Below the pieces are notes generated by a model. The model ran no database searches. It was not told the DNA's origin and was given only the letters and a program-made list of their open reading frames with translations. 64,000 nt of DNA, taken from contig NZ_JBFWNP010000030.1 in NCBI RefSeq assembly GCF_050250995.1, positions 367-64,366 on the forward strand, read 5' to 3'. The stretch is from Ramlibacter sp. Lineage in GTDB: Bacteria; Pseudomonadota; Gammaproteobacteria; Burkholderiales; Burkholderiaceae_C. The position numbers and the translations under genes were made by a program. Shown in pieces: positions 47,312 to 58,300 of this stretch (the stretch's first letter is position 1; every line of letters starts with the position of its first letter).

Positions 47312-49309
47312 TCATCGCGCCGTGGATGGCAAAAACCGAGGGCCCGACCACGACCGATCGAGCTTCAGAGCGCCGCCCTCCGTCATCGTGAGCGTATCCC
47401 GCGGGATCGCGGGCCGCGCTCCGATGAGCTGGCGCAGATTTTCGGCGATCTTGAAGATCGCGGCTTCTCCAAGCACTTTCCACTGGTCGCGCGTCACGGG
47501 GTCGAGCAGCATCGAATTCATCTGGACCACGTGCAGCATGTTCCCGCTCGAGCCGTCCGCCAGCGTGATCTTCAGCGTCACCGGCCGGCCGGCGTCCTGG
47601 CGCGGGCCCAGCTTCACCGCCACGTCGGCCTCGATCGCGGGGGTCTTCTGCACCACCGGCACCTGCATGACGCGCATCACGGTCACCATCGATTCGGTGA
47701 AGTCCCCGAGCATGTCGTTCGGAACGCCGACGATGGCCCCGACGCCCACCGTGCGCAGCGCCTGGCCCGCCTGCGTGATGAAGTGGGCGTCCGCGAACTT
47801 GCCGAAGGCGGCATCGATCTGGTTGGCGAGCGTCGGCGTTTCGTCGGCGTTCGTCTCCGCGTTGACCACATCGTAGCCCACCGAGTTCATCACGCGCCCC
47901 AGCGAATGTTCGAGGTTGGCGTGGATCACGTCGCGGCTGATCTCGGTCACGGTCACGCGGGCGCCCGCGCGGATGAGTTCGAGCTCGGTCTCCAGCCCCG
48001 ACTGCTGCGTCGATTGCAAGGCCCGCAGCAGCGCGCGGTCGTCGGCCAGCGCCTGGTTCCAGATGCCCAGTTCGTGCTTGAGCAGGTCGTAGCGCGTGAC
48101 GGCCACGCGCGTCTGCGCCATCACCGCCATCGTGAGCGCTTCGCGCCGCGCCTTGTCCAGCTCCTCGGCGGCCTGCTGGGTGCGCTTCATCGCGGGCAGC
48201 GAGAGCAGCTTGAGCAGGTTGAAGCTCACGAGGCTGGTCAGCTCGCTCCACTGGTTGTTGACCAGGAAACGGTTGCTGTCGTAGTTGGAGCCGACGTTCA
48301 GGTTGATGCCCGGCAGCAGCGACAGGAGCTGGCGCCTGCCTTCGTCCTGCGTGATACGGATGCGCAGGCGTTCCTCGGCGAGCTCGGGCCGGCGTTCGAG
48401 CGCCATCGCCTCCAGGTCGTCGGCACGCGTCGCAAGATCGGGCAGCGGCGGGAGCACGCCCTGCGGCGGGCTGACGACCCGGTAGTTCTCGCCCGGCCGC
48501 AGTCCCACGAGTTCGGCGAACTCGGCACGCCATTGCGCGAGCTCCTGCCGGCGCGCGCTCAGCTGCTGCTGCAGGTCGAGCAGGGAGCGGCGGTACGCGA
48601 TGATCTGCAGTGGCGGCATCAGCCGGCGCGCCTCGATCAGCCGCGACCGCTCCGCCGAGCGGTCGATCTGCTCTAGCATCGCGTCGATCTGCGGCAGCAG
48701 GCGTTGAGCAGCCTCGGCGCGCCACCAGGCCAGCCGGACGTCGAGCACGAGGTTCTGCAGCGCGCGGCGGCGGCGCTCCTCGGCGATCAGCACCTGGTCG
48801 GCGTTCTGCCGGGCGCGGTAATAGGACAGCCCGAAGTCGAGGACGCTCCAGCTGAGGGCCGCGTTGGCCGTGCTGTGCACCCGCTCCGTGGCGGCGGAGG
48901 GCGTGGAAGAAATCGTGCCGTCGGGCTGATAGCCCACGCCGAATGCATCGTTGCTGCGCCAGTTGTACCCGGCGGAAAGCGCCAGCCGCGGAAGCATGTC
49001 GTAGCGCGAGAGGTCGAGATTCGACGACTGCACCATCGCCTCCATCTGCCGCACGCGCACTTCGAGGTTGTTGCGCATCGCGCGCGCCGTCGCCTCGGAC
49101 AGCGTGAGGGGTCCCTTGAGCGGCTCGAGCCTGTCGATGATCGACGCGAGATCCTTCTGCGCCTGAGACGAGTTCTCCTGAAGCGTCAGCGGCTTCGGTG
49201 TCAGGGCGCAGGCCGCGAGCGCCGACGCCAAGGCGGCGGCTGCGGCCACCCGTCCCGCACGCCCCAGGGGCGACGCCCGAACGGAACGGGGTGCTTCTTC
49301 ACTCGGCAA
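47312..49309 (-). CDS. TolC-family outer-membrane protein with C-terminal extension
   Basis: Lipobox LAAC; LTLSEATARAMRNN, LSWSVLDFGLSY, RRPEL; about 130 extra C-terminal residues. Confidence 0.88.
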   Translation of the reverse strand: MPSEEAPRSVRASPLGRAGRVAAAAALASALAACALTPKPLTLQENSSQAQKDLASIIDRLEPLKGPLTLSEATARAMRNNLEVRVRQMEAMVQSSNLDLSRYDMLPRLALSAGYNWRSNDAFGVGYQPDGTISSTPSAATERVHSTANAALSWSVLDFGLSYYRARQNADQVLIAEERRRRALQNLVLDVRLAWWRAEAAQRLLPQIDAMLEQIDRSAERSRLIEARRLMPPLQIIAYRRSLLDLQQQLSARRQELAQWRAEFAELVGLRPGENYRVVSPPQGVLPPLPDLATRADDLEAMALERRPELAEERLRIRITQDEGRRQLLSLLPGINLNVGSNYDSNRFLVNNQWSELTSLVSFNLLKLLSLPAMKRTQQAAEELDKARREALTMAVMAQTRVAVTRYDLLKHELGIWNQALADDRALLRALQSTQQSGLETELELIRAGARVTVTEISRDVIHANLEHSLGRVMNSVGYDVVNAETNADETPTLANQIDAAFGKFADAHFITQAGQALRTVGVGAIVGVPNDMLGDFTESMVTVMRVMQVPVVQKTPAIEADVAVKLGPRQDAGRPVTLKITLADGSSGNMLHVVQMNSMLLDPVTRDQWKVLGEAAIFKIAENLRQLIGARPAIPRDTLTMTEGGALKLDRSWSGPRFLPSTAR

Positions 49310-49329
49310 ACTCGGTTTCCTTCTCCGTG

Positions 49330-52300
49330 TTACGCGCCTGCACGACCTCCTGGCGGACGCTTCGCCGGTTGACCATCGAGCGCACGTGCCAACAGGGCCT
49401 GATCCGACCGGCCCGGCGTTTGTTCCCGCGCCGTGCGAATCTGGTCGGCGAACTTCGCCGCCGCACGCTTCGCGGGCTTCTCTTCCTTCCTGGCGTCTTC
49501 GTTTTCGCCATCCTTGGCTTCCGCGGTTTCGCTCGTGTCGACGAACGCCGCATCGGCCTGTCCGGGGTCGGCGGGCGCGGTCGACCGCTGATCGGCCGAT
49601 TCGCCGGGCACCGACGGCACGAGCGAGGCATTCCCGCCCGCGCCGACTTGGATGTTGACCTGTGTCGACGCCTCCAGTCCGTTATTGTCGCGCGCAACCA
49701 CGCGGATTTGCAACAAATCGTTAAAGCCGAGCGGGGGCTGGCCGGTGATTTGTCCCGTTGCCGCGTCAAATCTCACCCAGTTCGGCAGCGGTTGCCCGTT
49801 GGCGAGGCCGGCTTCGAGCTGGACCGTGGCCGTCGCACTGGTGTGCGCGAACGCGGACGGCGGGATGGTGATCGAGAAGCCGCCGGAGGTCACCGTGGGC
49901 TGCGTCGTGATCGGCTCGAACCGGACCAGCGTGTCGTTGCCCTGCGGGCTGCGCGCGAGGCCCAGTTGCTCCGGCGTGACGCGCGCGACGTTGAAGGTCG
50001 GCGCGGTCGCGGTCACCGTCGAGAACAGCGGCGTCGACAGGTTGCCCGAGCGCGTCGCATCGCTGACGATCGCGAAGTTCGTGCGCACCTGCCGGCCGGC
50101 GTCGTCGCTTGCGACGATCTGCAGCTGCAGCGTCGGCATCGGGCCGGTCTCGGGCCGGCCGTTGATGAGGCCGGACGTGCTGTCGAACACGAGCCAGGGC
50201 GGCAGCGGTGAGCCGTCGGCCTGCCGCGCCTCGAGCGTCACGATGCCGGTGCCGCCGGCCGCGAAGGCGTCGGACGGAATTGCGAAACTGACCCCGTTGG
50301 AGCTGGCGCGCAGGTCCGGAATGCCGTTGAGCACGGTGACCGCGGTGGGCGGCGGTGCGCCGGTGCTCGTGCCGGCGGTCGTGGGCGTCGCGGCCTGGAA
50401 GCCGGTGCGAACGGGCTCGACGACGCGCGAAGCCGCTGCCGGCGTGCCGACTGGCTGGATCGTCACGATGCCCGTGGACACGTCGGCCGCGGGTGCATTC
50501 GCGCCGGTCGCGGCGCCGGGCGCGGCGACGATCGTGCGCGCCACGTTCGGCAATGTGCCGCTGCCGCCGGTGAGCGTGCTCGGACCCGTCAGCGTCGACG
50601 TGTTGAGCGTCGGCGATGCGGGCGCCGGCGCCTCGGCGGACGCGGAGGTCGGCGTCGGCTGCAGGATCTGCTCGATCGTCACGGGCGCCGGGATGGGCGC
50701 GGCCACCGGAGCCGTCGGCACGACCACCGGCGCAGGCGCCGGCACCGTGACCGGCGCGGGCGGCGGCGGGACCGGAACCGGAACTGGCGCGGGCGGCGGT
50801 GGCGCAGGCGGCTCGGGCACCGGCGCGGGCGGCGGCGGGACGGGCACGGGAGCCGGCGGCGGCGGGGCCGGCGGTTCGGGTGCTGGTGCCGGCGGGGCCG
50901 GAGGCTCTGGCGCCGGGGCAGGCGGCGGCGGGGCAGGCGGCTGCGGTGCCGGCGGCGGCGGAGCGGGCGGTTGCGGCGCGGGAGGCACGACCGCACCGCC
51001 GCCGCCGCCGTTGTCGACCGGAGGCGGAGCCGGCGGCGGGGGCGCGGGCGGGGGCGGCTCGACCGGCGGCGGGGCCGGCGGTTCCGGCGCGGGCGCCGGC
51101 GGCGGAGGCGGCGGCTCGGGCGCCGGCGGCGGCGCCGCGGTGTCGTTCACGTCGAGGACGCGCATGCGCACGGCCACCGCCTGCGACCAGTTGCCCGCGG
51201 CGTCGCGTGCCTGCACCATCTCCGTCATCTCGTTGGGCGCCGTCTCGAAGTCGTTGACGGCCGCGCTCGCTGCGCCGGCGGCCGTCATGCGGATCTGGCC
51301 GCCGCTCGAGATCATGAAGTTGCCGTCGGCGCTCATGTTGCCGCCCGAGTCGGCGAAGCGGAACGCCATGACGGCGCCGCCGTCGGTCGCCGTGACCCAG
51401 CCGAGCGCGTCGCCCGCGGCGCTGTTTTCCGAATAGCTGATCACCTGGCCCGAGGCGATGACGGGCGCCTCGTCGTCGACGTCGCGCACGCGCAGCGTGA
51501 ACGTTTCCGCGGGGGACCACTGGCCTTTGGTGTCCTGCGCCTGCACCGAGTACATGAACACGTTGGGCGTCGCCTCGAAGTCGTTCGCCGCCGATGCGGC
51601 GCCGGCCGCCGTCAGCACGACACGGCCGTCGTTGCCGATCGTGAAGAAGCCGTCGGCGCTGGTCGTCGTGCCGGTCGCGGTGAAGCGGAAGGCCGCGACG
51701 CCCACGTCGTCGTTGGCCGTCACGTCGCCCACCGTGTCGCCCGCTACGCTGTTCTCGTTGTATTCGAACAGCTGGCCGGCCGCGACGACGGGCGGCGTGT
51801 CCGGCGCCGGGGCCGGCGGGGGCGGGGCCGGCGGGGGCGGGGGCGGCGGCTCCGGCGCGGGCGGCGGCGGCGGGGGTGGCGCGGGCGGCGCGCCATTGGT
51901 GACCGTGGCGTCGGTGAACGTCACCGCCGTGTTCCCGGCCAGGTCCACGAGAGCGCTCGAACCCGGTGCGTAGCCGACGGTGATGGTGTCGCCGCCCGAG
52001 ACGGCGGAAGCGAGCGTGAGGGTGACGGTCTTGGCCGCGGCGTCCACGCTGACCGAGTCCACGCCTCGTGCGGCCCCACCGACCTTGACCGTGTAGTCGC
52101 CGGCCGCCGGCGTCGTGCCCGCGAGCCCGCCCGCCTCCGTGTACGTGAGGACGAGCGTCGTGCCCGTGGCGTGCGCCGCGCTCAGCACCGGCGCCGACGT
52201 GTCGACGACGATGGCGAGTGCCGGCGAGACCCCCGATGCATTGCCGGCCGCGTCGGTGACGGTGGCCGTCATGCTGCGCGTGCCGGCGGTGAGCGTGGGC

Positions 52301-55300
52301 GTGATCTCCACGAAGCCGCCGGTGATGTCGGTCGCGGAGAGCGTCGCGCTCGCCACTTCGATGCCATCGGCGAAGAGCCGCACGACGTCGCCCGCGACCG
52401 GCGCCGCCGCGCCGCTGCCCGCGAGCGTGACGCGAACCGTCGGCGTGGTGTCGGCCGTGATGTTGTCGCTGTCGCTCGCGCCGCTGTCGCTCGCCGCGAC
52501 GAGGTCGAGCGTCGGCGCGGCCGGCGCGGTGACGTCGGACGAGCCGTTGCTCACCGCGCGATCGACGAGCGCGGCGGCGACGTTGCCGGCAACGTCGGCC
52601 AGCGGGTTCGCGCCGGGCGTGTAGCTCACCTTCACGGACTCGCCGCTGTCGACGGCGGAGGCGAGCGTGAGGGTCACGGTGCCGGCGACGGCGTCGACGT
52701 TCACCGCGGTGACGGCGCGTGCCGAGCCGGCGACGTCGACCACGAAGTCGCCGGTTGCCGGATTCGCCGCGGCCAGTCCGCTGCCGCTGTCGGCGTACGT
52801 GAGCACGATGCTGCTGCCATTGGCCGTCGCGCTGGCGAGCGTCGGCGCGCCCGTGTCGATCGTGATGGCCGTCGGATGGCTCGCGGCGACCGAGATGTTG
52901 CCTGCCGCATCGGACTGGCGAACCTGCACGGCGCCGGCCGCGTACTGCCCGGAAGCCAGCGTGAAGGCCGAGCCGGAACCCGTCGTCCACGTCGCGCCGC
53001 TGTCGACGCTGTACTGCCAGGTCGCGCCGGTCTCGAGACCGCCGACCTGCATGAGGCCGTTGCTCGTGGTGCCGTCGCTTGCGCTCGTGCCCGTGTCCGC
53101 GGACATGGCAAGCGTCGGCGCCGTGGGCGGCGTGGTGTCGGGCGCGGCGGCGGTGTCGACCGTGACCGTGCGCGTCGCCGCGGCGCTGGGGTTGCCGGCG
53201 GCATCCGTCGCGACCACGCTGACCGTGTAGGTGCCGTCGGCCGGAATCTGCGCGCTCGCGAACGCACGGCTCCAGTTGCCCGAACCGTCCGCGGTCGTCG
53301 TGAGCGTCGTCGAGCCGAACGTGACGGAGACCGTCGCGTTGGCTTCGGCCGTGCCGATGACCGTCACGCCCGCGGCCTTCTCGGTCGCATCGATCACATC
53401 GTTGGCGGCGACGCTGCCGAGCGTCGGCACGCCCGGGGCGGCGGTGTCGATGGTGATCGTCCGCGTGCCGGCCGCGCTCACGTTGCCGTCCGTGTCGGTA
53501 GCGACGGCGCTGATCGTCTCCGTGCCCTGCCCCATCGCCGTGAGGTCCGCGGCCACGAGCGTGTAGCTCCACTGGCCGCTGCCGTCGGCGGTGACGGTGC
53601 GCGTGTTGCCGCTGCCCAGCGTGAGCGCGACGCTCGCGTTGGAGCCGGCCGTGCCGGTGATCGTCGAGCCGGCCTCCGCCGCATTGACGACGTCGTTGCC
53701 AGCCACGATGTCGATCGACGGCGCGCCCGGCGCGCCGGTGGCGACGGTGATGGCGCGGGTGCCGGCGCTGCTCACGTTGCCCGCGGCATCCGTCGCGGTC
53801 ACGCTGACCGTGTAGCTGCCGTCGGCGGGAATCTGCGCCGAGGTGAACGTGCGGCTCCAGTTGCCCGAGCCGTCCGCGGTCGTCGTGAGGGTCGTGCCGC
53901 CGAACGTGACGGAGATCGACGCGTTGGCTTCCGCCGTGCCGCCGATCTCGATGCCCGCGGCCTTCTCGCTCGCACTCACGCGGTCGTCGCCGGCGACCGC
54001 CGTCACGACCGGCGCCGAGGGCAGGCCCGTATCGACCACGACGCTGCGCGTGACGGTGGCGCCGACGTTGCCGGACGTGTCGGTGGCGGTCACGCTGACC
54101 GTGTGCGTTCCGTCCGCGGGAATCTGCGCCGAAGTGAACGCCTGGCTCCACTGGCCGGACGCATCCGCCGTGGTGGTGAGCGTCGTCGAGCCGAAAGCGA
54201 TCGACACGGACGCATTCGCTTCCGTCGTGCCGGAGATCGTCACGCCCGCGGTCTTCTCGCTGGCGGCGATGCGGTCGTCACCGGCCACGACGGCGATGGT
54301 CGAAGTGCCGGGCACATCGGTGTCGATGGTGATGGTCCGCGTGGTCGCCGGGCTCACGTTTCCGGTCGCATCCGCCGCGGTGACGCTGATCGTCTCCGTG
54401 CCCTGGCCCATGGCCATGATGTCGGCCGCGACCAGGGTGTAGGTCCAGTTGCCGCTGCCGTCGGCGGTGACCGTGCGCACATTGCCCGCGCCGAGGGTCA
54501 GGCTGACCGTCGCGCCCGCTTCGGCCGTGCCCGCGATGGCGCTGCCGGCCTCGGACGCATCGATCGCATCGTCGCCCGCGATCGTTGCGATGGTCGGCGC
54601 GGCGGGTGCGGTCAGATCGACCGTCACGGAAGTCGCGGCACTCACGCCGCCGACGTTATTCGCGGCGTCCACGACGCGGCTCGTGACGCCGAACGTCCCC
54701 GCGCCCTGCGCGGCGATGGTCGCCTGCGACACGATGACGGTCGCGCTGCTGCCGGCGATGTCGCCGGAGGTGAGCGTGTAATCGACGACCTGCGCACCCC
54801 AGTTGATTCGCAGCGTGTCGCCCGCGACCGCGTTCGTGCCGCCGAGGTTCACGACCACCGGCGTTCCATTGGCCGCTTCGGCCGCGCTGATGCCGCCGCC
54901 CGCGTTCTCCGAAACGGTCGGCGCGCCGGCGGGCGCCACCGGTCCTGCCAGCACCACGCTGACGGACGTGGCGGCGCTCGCCGCGCTCGCGTTGCCCACC
55001 GAGTCGACGAGCTGCGTGGTCACGTTGAAAGTGCCCGTGCCCTGCGCCGTGATCGTCGCCTCCGGCACGGTGACGGTCGCGCTGTTGCCGGTGACGTCGC
55101 CGCTCGTGAGCGTGTAGTTGAAGGTCTGCGAACCCCAGTTGATGCGCAGCGTCTCGCCCGCGACCGCGCCGGTGCCGGTGAGGTCCACCACGACCGGCGT
55201 GCCGTCGGCCGCCTCGGTCGCGTTGATGCCGCCGCCGCCGTTCTCGGCGATGGCCGGGGCCGTGCCGGGCGCCGACGGCGCGGTCGTGTCGACGGTGACG

Positions 55301-58300
55301 CTGCGGCTGCCCGCGCTGCTCACGTTGCCTGCGGCATCGGTGGCCGTCGCGCTGACCGTGTAGGTGCCGTCGGCGGGAAGGTCTCCGCTCGCGAAGTTGC
55401 GTGTCCAGACGCCCGACCCGTCGGCCGTCGTCGTGAGCGTGGTGCCGCCGAAAGTGACGGAGACCGTCGCGTCGGCCTCGGCCGTGCCGCTGAGCGTGAC
55501 GCCCGCGGTCTTCTCCGCGGCATTGACGACGTCGTCGGTGGCGATGGCATTCAGCGCCGGTGCGCCTGGCGCGCCGGTGTCGATGGTGATCGCGCGCGTG
55601 ACGGTGCCGCTGACGTTGCCCGTCGTGTCCGTCGCGGTGACGCTGATCGTCTCGGCGCCCTCGCCCATCGCCGCGATATCGGCGGGAACGAGCGTGTAGG
55701 ACCAGTCGCCGTTCGCATCCGCCGTGAACGTGCGCACGTTGCCGATGCCGAGCGTGAGGTTCACCGTCGCGTTCGCTTCGGCCGTGCCGGTGATGACGCT
55801 GGCGGTCTCGCCGGCATTGACGATGTCGTTGCCCGCGACGACGTTGATCGCCGGTGCGCCGGGGCCGCCCGTGTCCACGGTGACGCTGCGCGTGCCCGCG
55901 CTGCTCACGTTGCCGGCGGCATCGGTCGCGGTGACGCTGACCGTGTAGGTCCCATCGGCAGGGATCTGCGCCGCGGTGAAGGCGCGGCTCCAGTTGCCGG
56001 AACCGTCGGCCGTGGTCGTCAGCGTCGTGCCGCCGAACACGACCGAGACGGCGGCGTTCGCTTCGGCCGTGCCGGCGATGGTGATGCCCGACGTCTTCTC
56101 CGCATCGCTCACGAGGTCGTCGCCCGCGACGACGCCCACGACCGGCGCGACCGGCGTGCCGGTGTCGATGCCGATTGACCTCGTAGTAGCGCCGCTGACA
56201 TTGCCTGCGGCATCGGTGGCCGTGACGCTGATCGTCTCCGCGCCCTGGCCCATGGCCGTGATGTCGGCGGCGACGAGCGTGTACGTCCAGTCGCCGTTCG
56301 CATCCGCCGTGAACGTGCGCACGTTGCTGCCGAGCGTGAGGCTGATCGTCGCGTTCGCTTCGGCCGTGCCCGTTATCGCGCTGCCGGCCTCGGCCGCGTT
56401 GATCACGTCGTTGCCGGCCACGACGTTGATCGTCGGCGCATTGGGTCCGCCCGTGTCGACGGTGACACTGCGGCTGGCGCTGCTGCTCACGTTGCCGGCG
56501 GCATCGGTCGCGGTGACGCTGACCGTGTAGGTGCCGTCGGCGGGAATCTGCGCGCTGCTGAACGCCTGGCTCCAGTTGCCGGCGCCGTCCGCGGTCGTCG
56601 TGAGCGTCGTGCCGCCGAAGGTGACGGCGACCGATGCGTTGGCCTCGGCCGCGCCCGTCAGCGTCAGGCCGGCCGACTTCTCGGCGGCGCTCACGTTGTC
56701 GTCGGCGGCGACCGCGCCGATGGACGGCAGGCCCGGCGTGCCGGTGTCGATGCTGATGGCGCGCGTCGTCGCCGCGCTCACGTTGCCCGCGGCGTCGGCC
56801 GCGGTGGCGCTGATCGTCTCGGCGCCCTGGCCCATGGCCGTGATGTCCGCGGCGACGAGCGTGTAGGTCCACTGGCCGCTGCCATCGGCCGTGACGGTGC
56901 GCACATTGCCCGAGCCGAGCGTGAGGCTGACCGTCGCGCCCGCTTCCGCGGTGCCGGTGATGGCCGAACCGGCCTCGCCCGAGTTGATGACGTCGTTGCC
57001 GGCCACGACGTCGATCACCGGCGTGCCGGGCGTGGCCGTGTCGACGGTCACGGATCGCGTGCCCGCCAGGCTCGCATTGCCGGCGGCGTCCGTGGCGGTG
57101 ACGCTCACCGTGTAGGTGCCGTCGACAGGAATCTGCGCCGGCGTGAACGCCTGGCTCCAGTTGCCCGAACCGTCGGCCGTCGTCGTGAGCGTCGTGCCGC
57201 CGAAGGTGACGGAGATGGCGGCATTGGCTTCGGCTGTACCGGAGAGCGTGAGTCCCGCCGTCTTCTCGGCGGCATTCACGAAGTTGTCTCCCGACACGGC
57301 ATTGACGACGGGTGCGCCCGGCGTCGCCGTATCGAGCGTGATCGCACGCGTGCCCGCGCTGCTCACGTTCCCCGCGGCATCGGTGGCCGTCGCGCTGATC
57401 GTCGCGGCGCCCTGGCCCAGCGCCGTGATATCGGCGCCGACGAGCGTGTACGTCCACTGGCCGCTGCCATCGGCTGTCACCGCGCGCACGTTGCCCGTGC
57501 CCAGCGTCAGGTTTACGGTCGCGTTCGCCTCGGCCGTGCCGGTGATGGCGCTGCCGGCTTCGGCGGCGTTGATCTCGTCGTTGCCCGCGACCAGGTCGAT
57601 GACCGGAGCGGCCGGCGGCGTGAGGTCCACCGTGACGCTCGTCACCGGGCTCAGGCCACCCACGTTGTTCGCGGAATCGATCACCCGGCCCGTCACGTTG
57701 AACGTGCCCGCACCTTGCGCGGAGACGACCGCATTCGACACGTTCACCGTCGCGGTACCCGCCGTCACGTCGCCGGAAGTGACCGTGTAGTCCACGATCT
57801 GCGTGCCCCAGAGGACCCGGACCGTGTCCCCGGCAACCGCGTTCGTGCCCGCGAGGCTCACGGCGACATCCGTTCCGTCTGCCGCCTCCGCGGCGTTGAT
57901 GCCTCCGCCCGCGTTCTCCGCGATGGTCGGCGCGCTGCCCGGCGCATTCGGCCCGGCGAGCGCGACCGTGACGCTCGTCGGCGCGCTCGCCGCACTCGCA
58001 TTGCCCGCGGCGTCGACGACCTGGGTCGTCACGTTGAAGGTGCCGTTGCCTTGTGCCGTGATCGTCGTGTCGGGCACGGTGACCGAGGCGCTGCCGCCGC
58101 TCACGTCGCCCGCGGTCAGCGTGTACGTGTAAGTCTGCGCGCCCCAGTTGATGCGCAGGGTGTCGCCAGCCGTCGCATTGGTTCCGGTGAGATCGACGAC
58201 CGCCACCGTCCCGTCCGCGGCCTCGATGGAGTTGATGCCACCGCCCGCGTTCTCGGCAATGGCGGGCGCGCCCGGCGTGCCCGGGGCCGTCGCGTCGACG

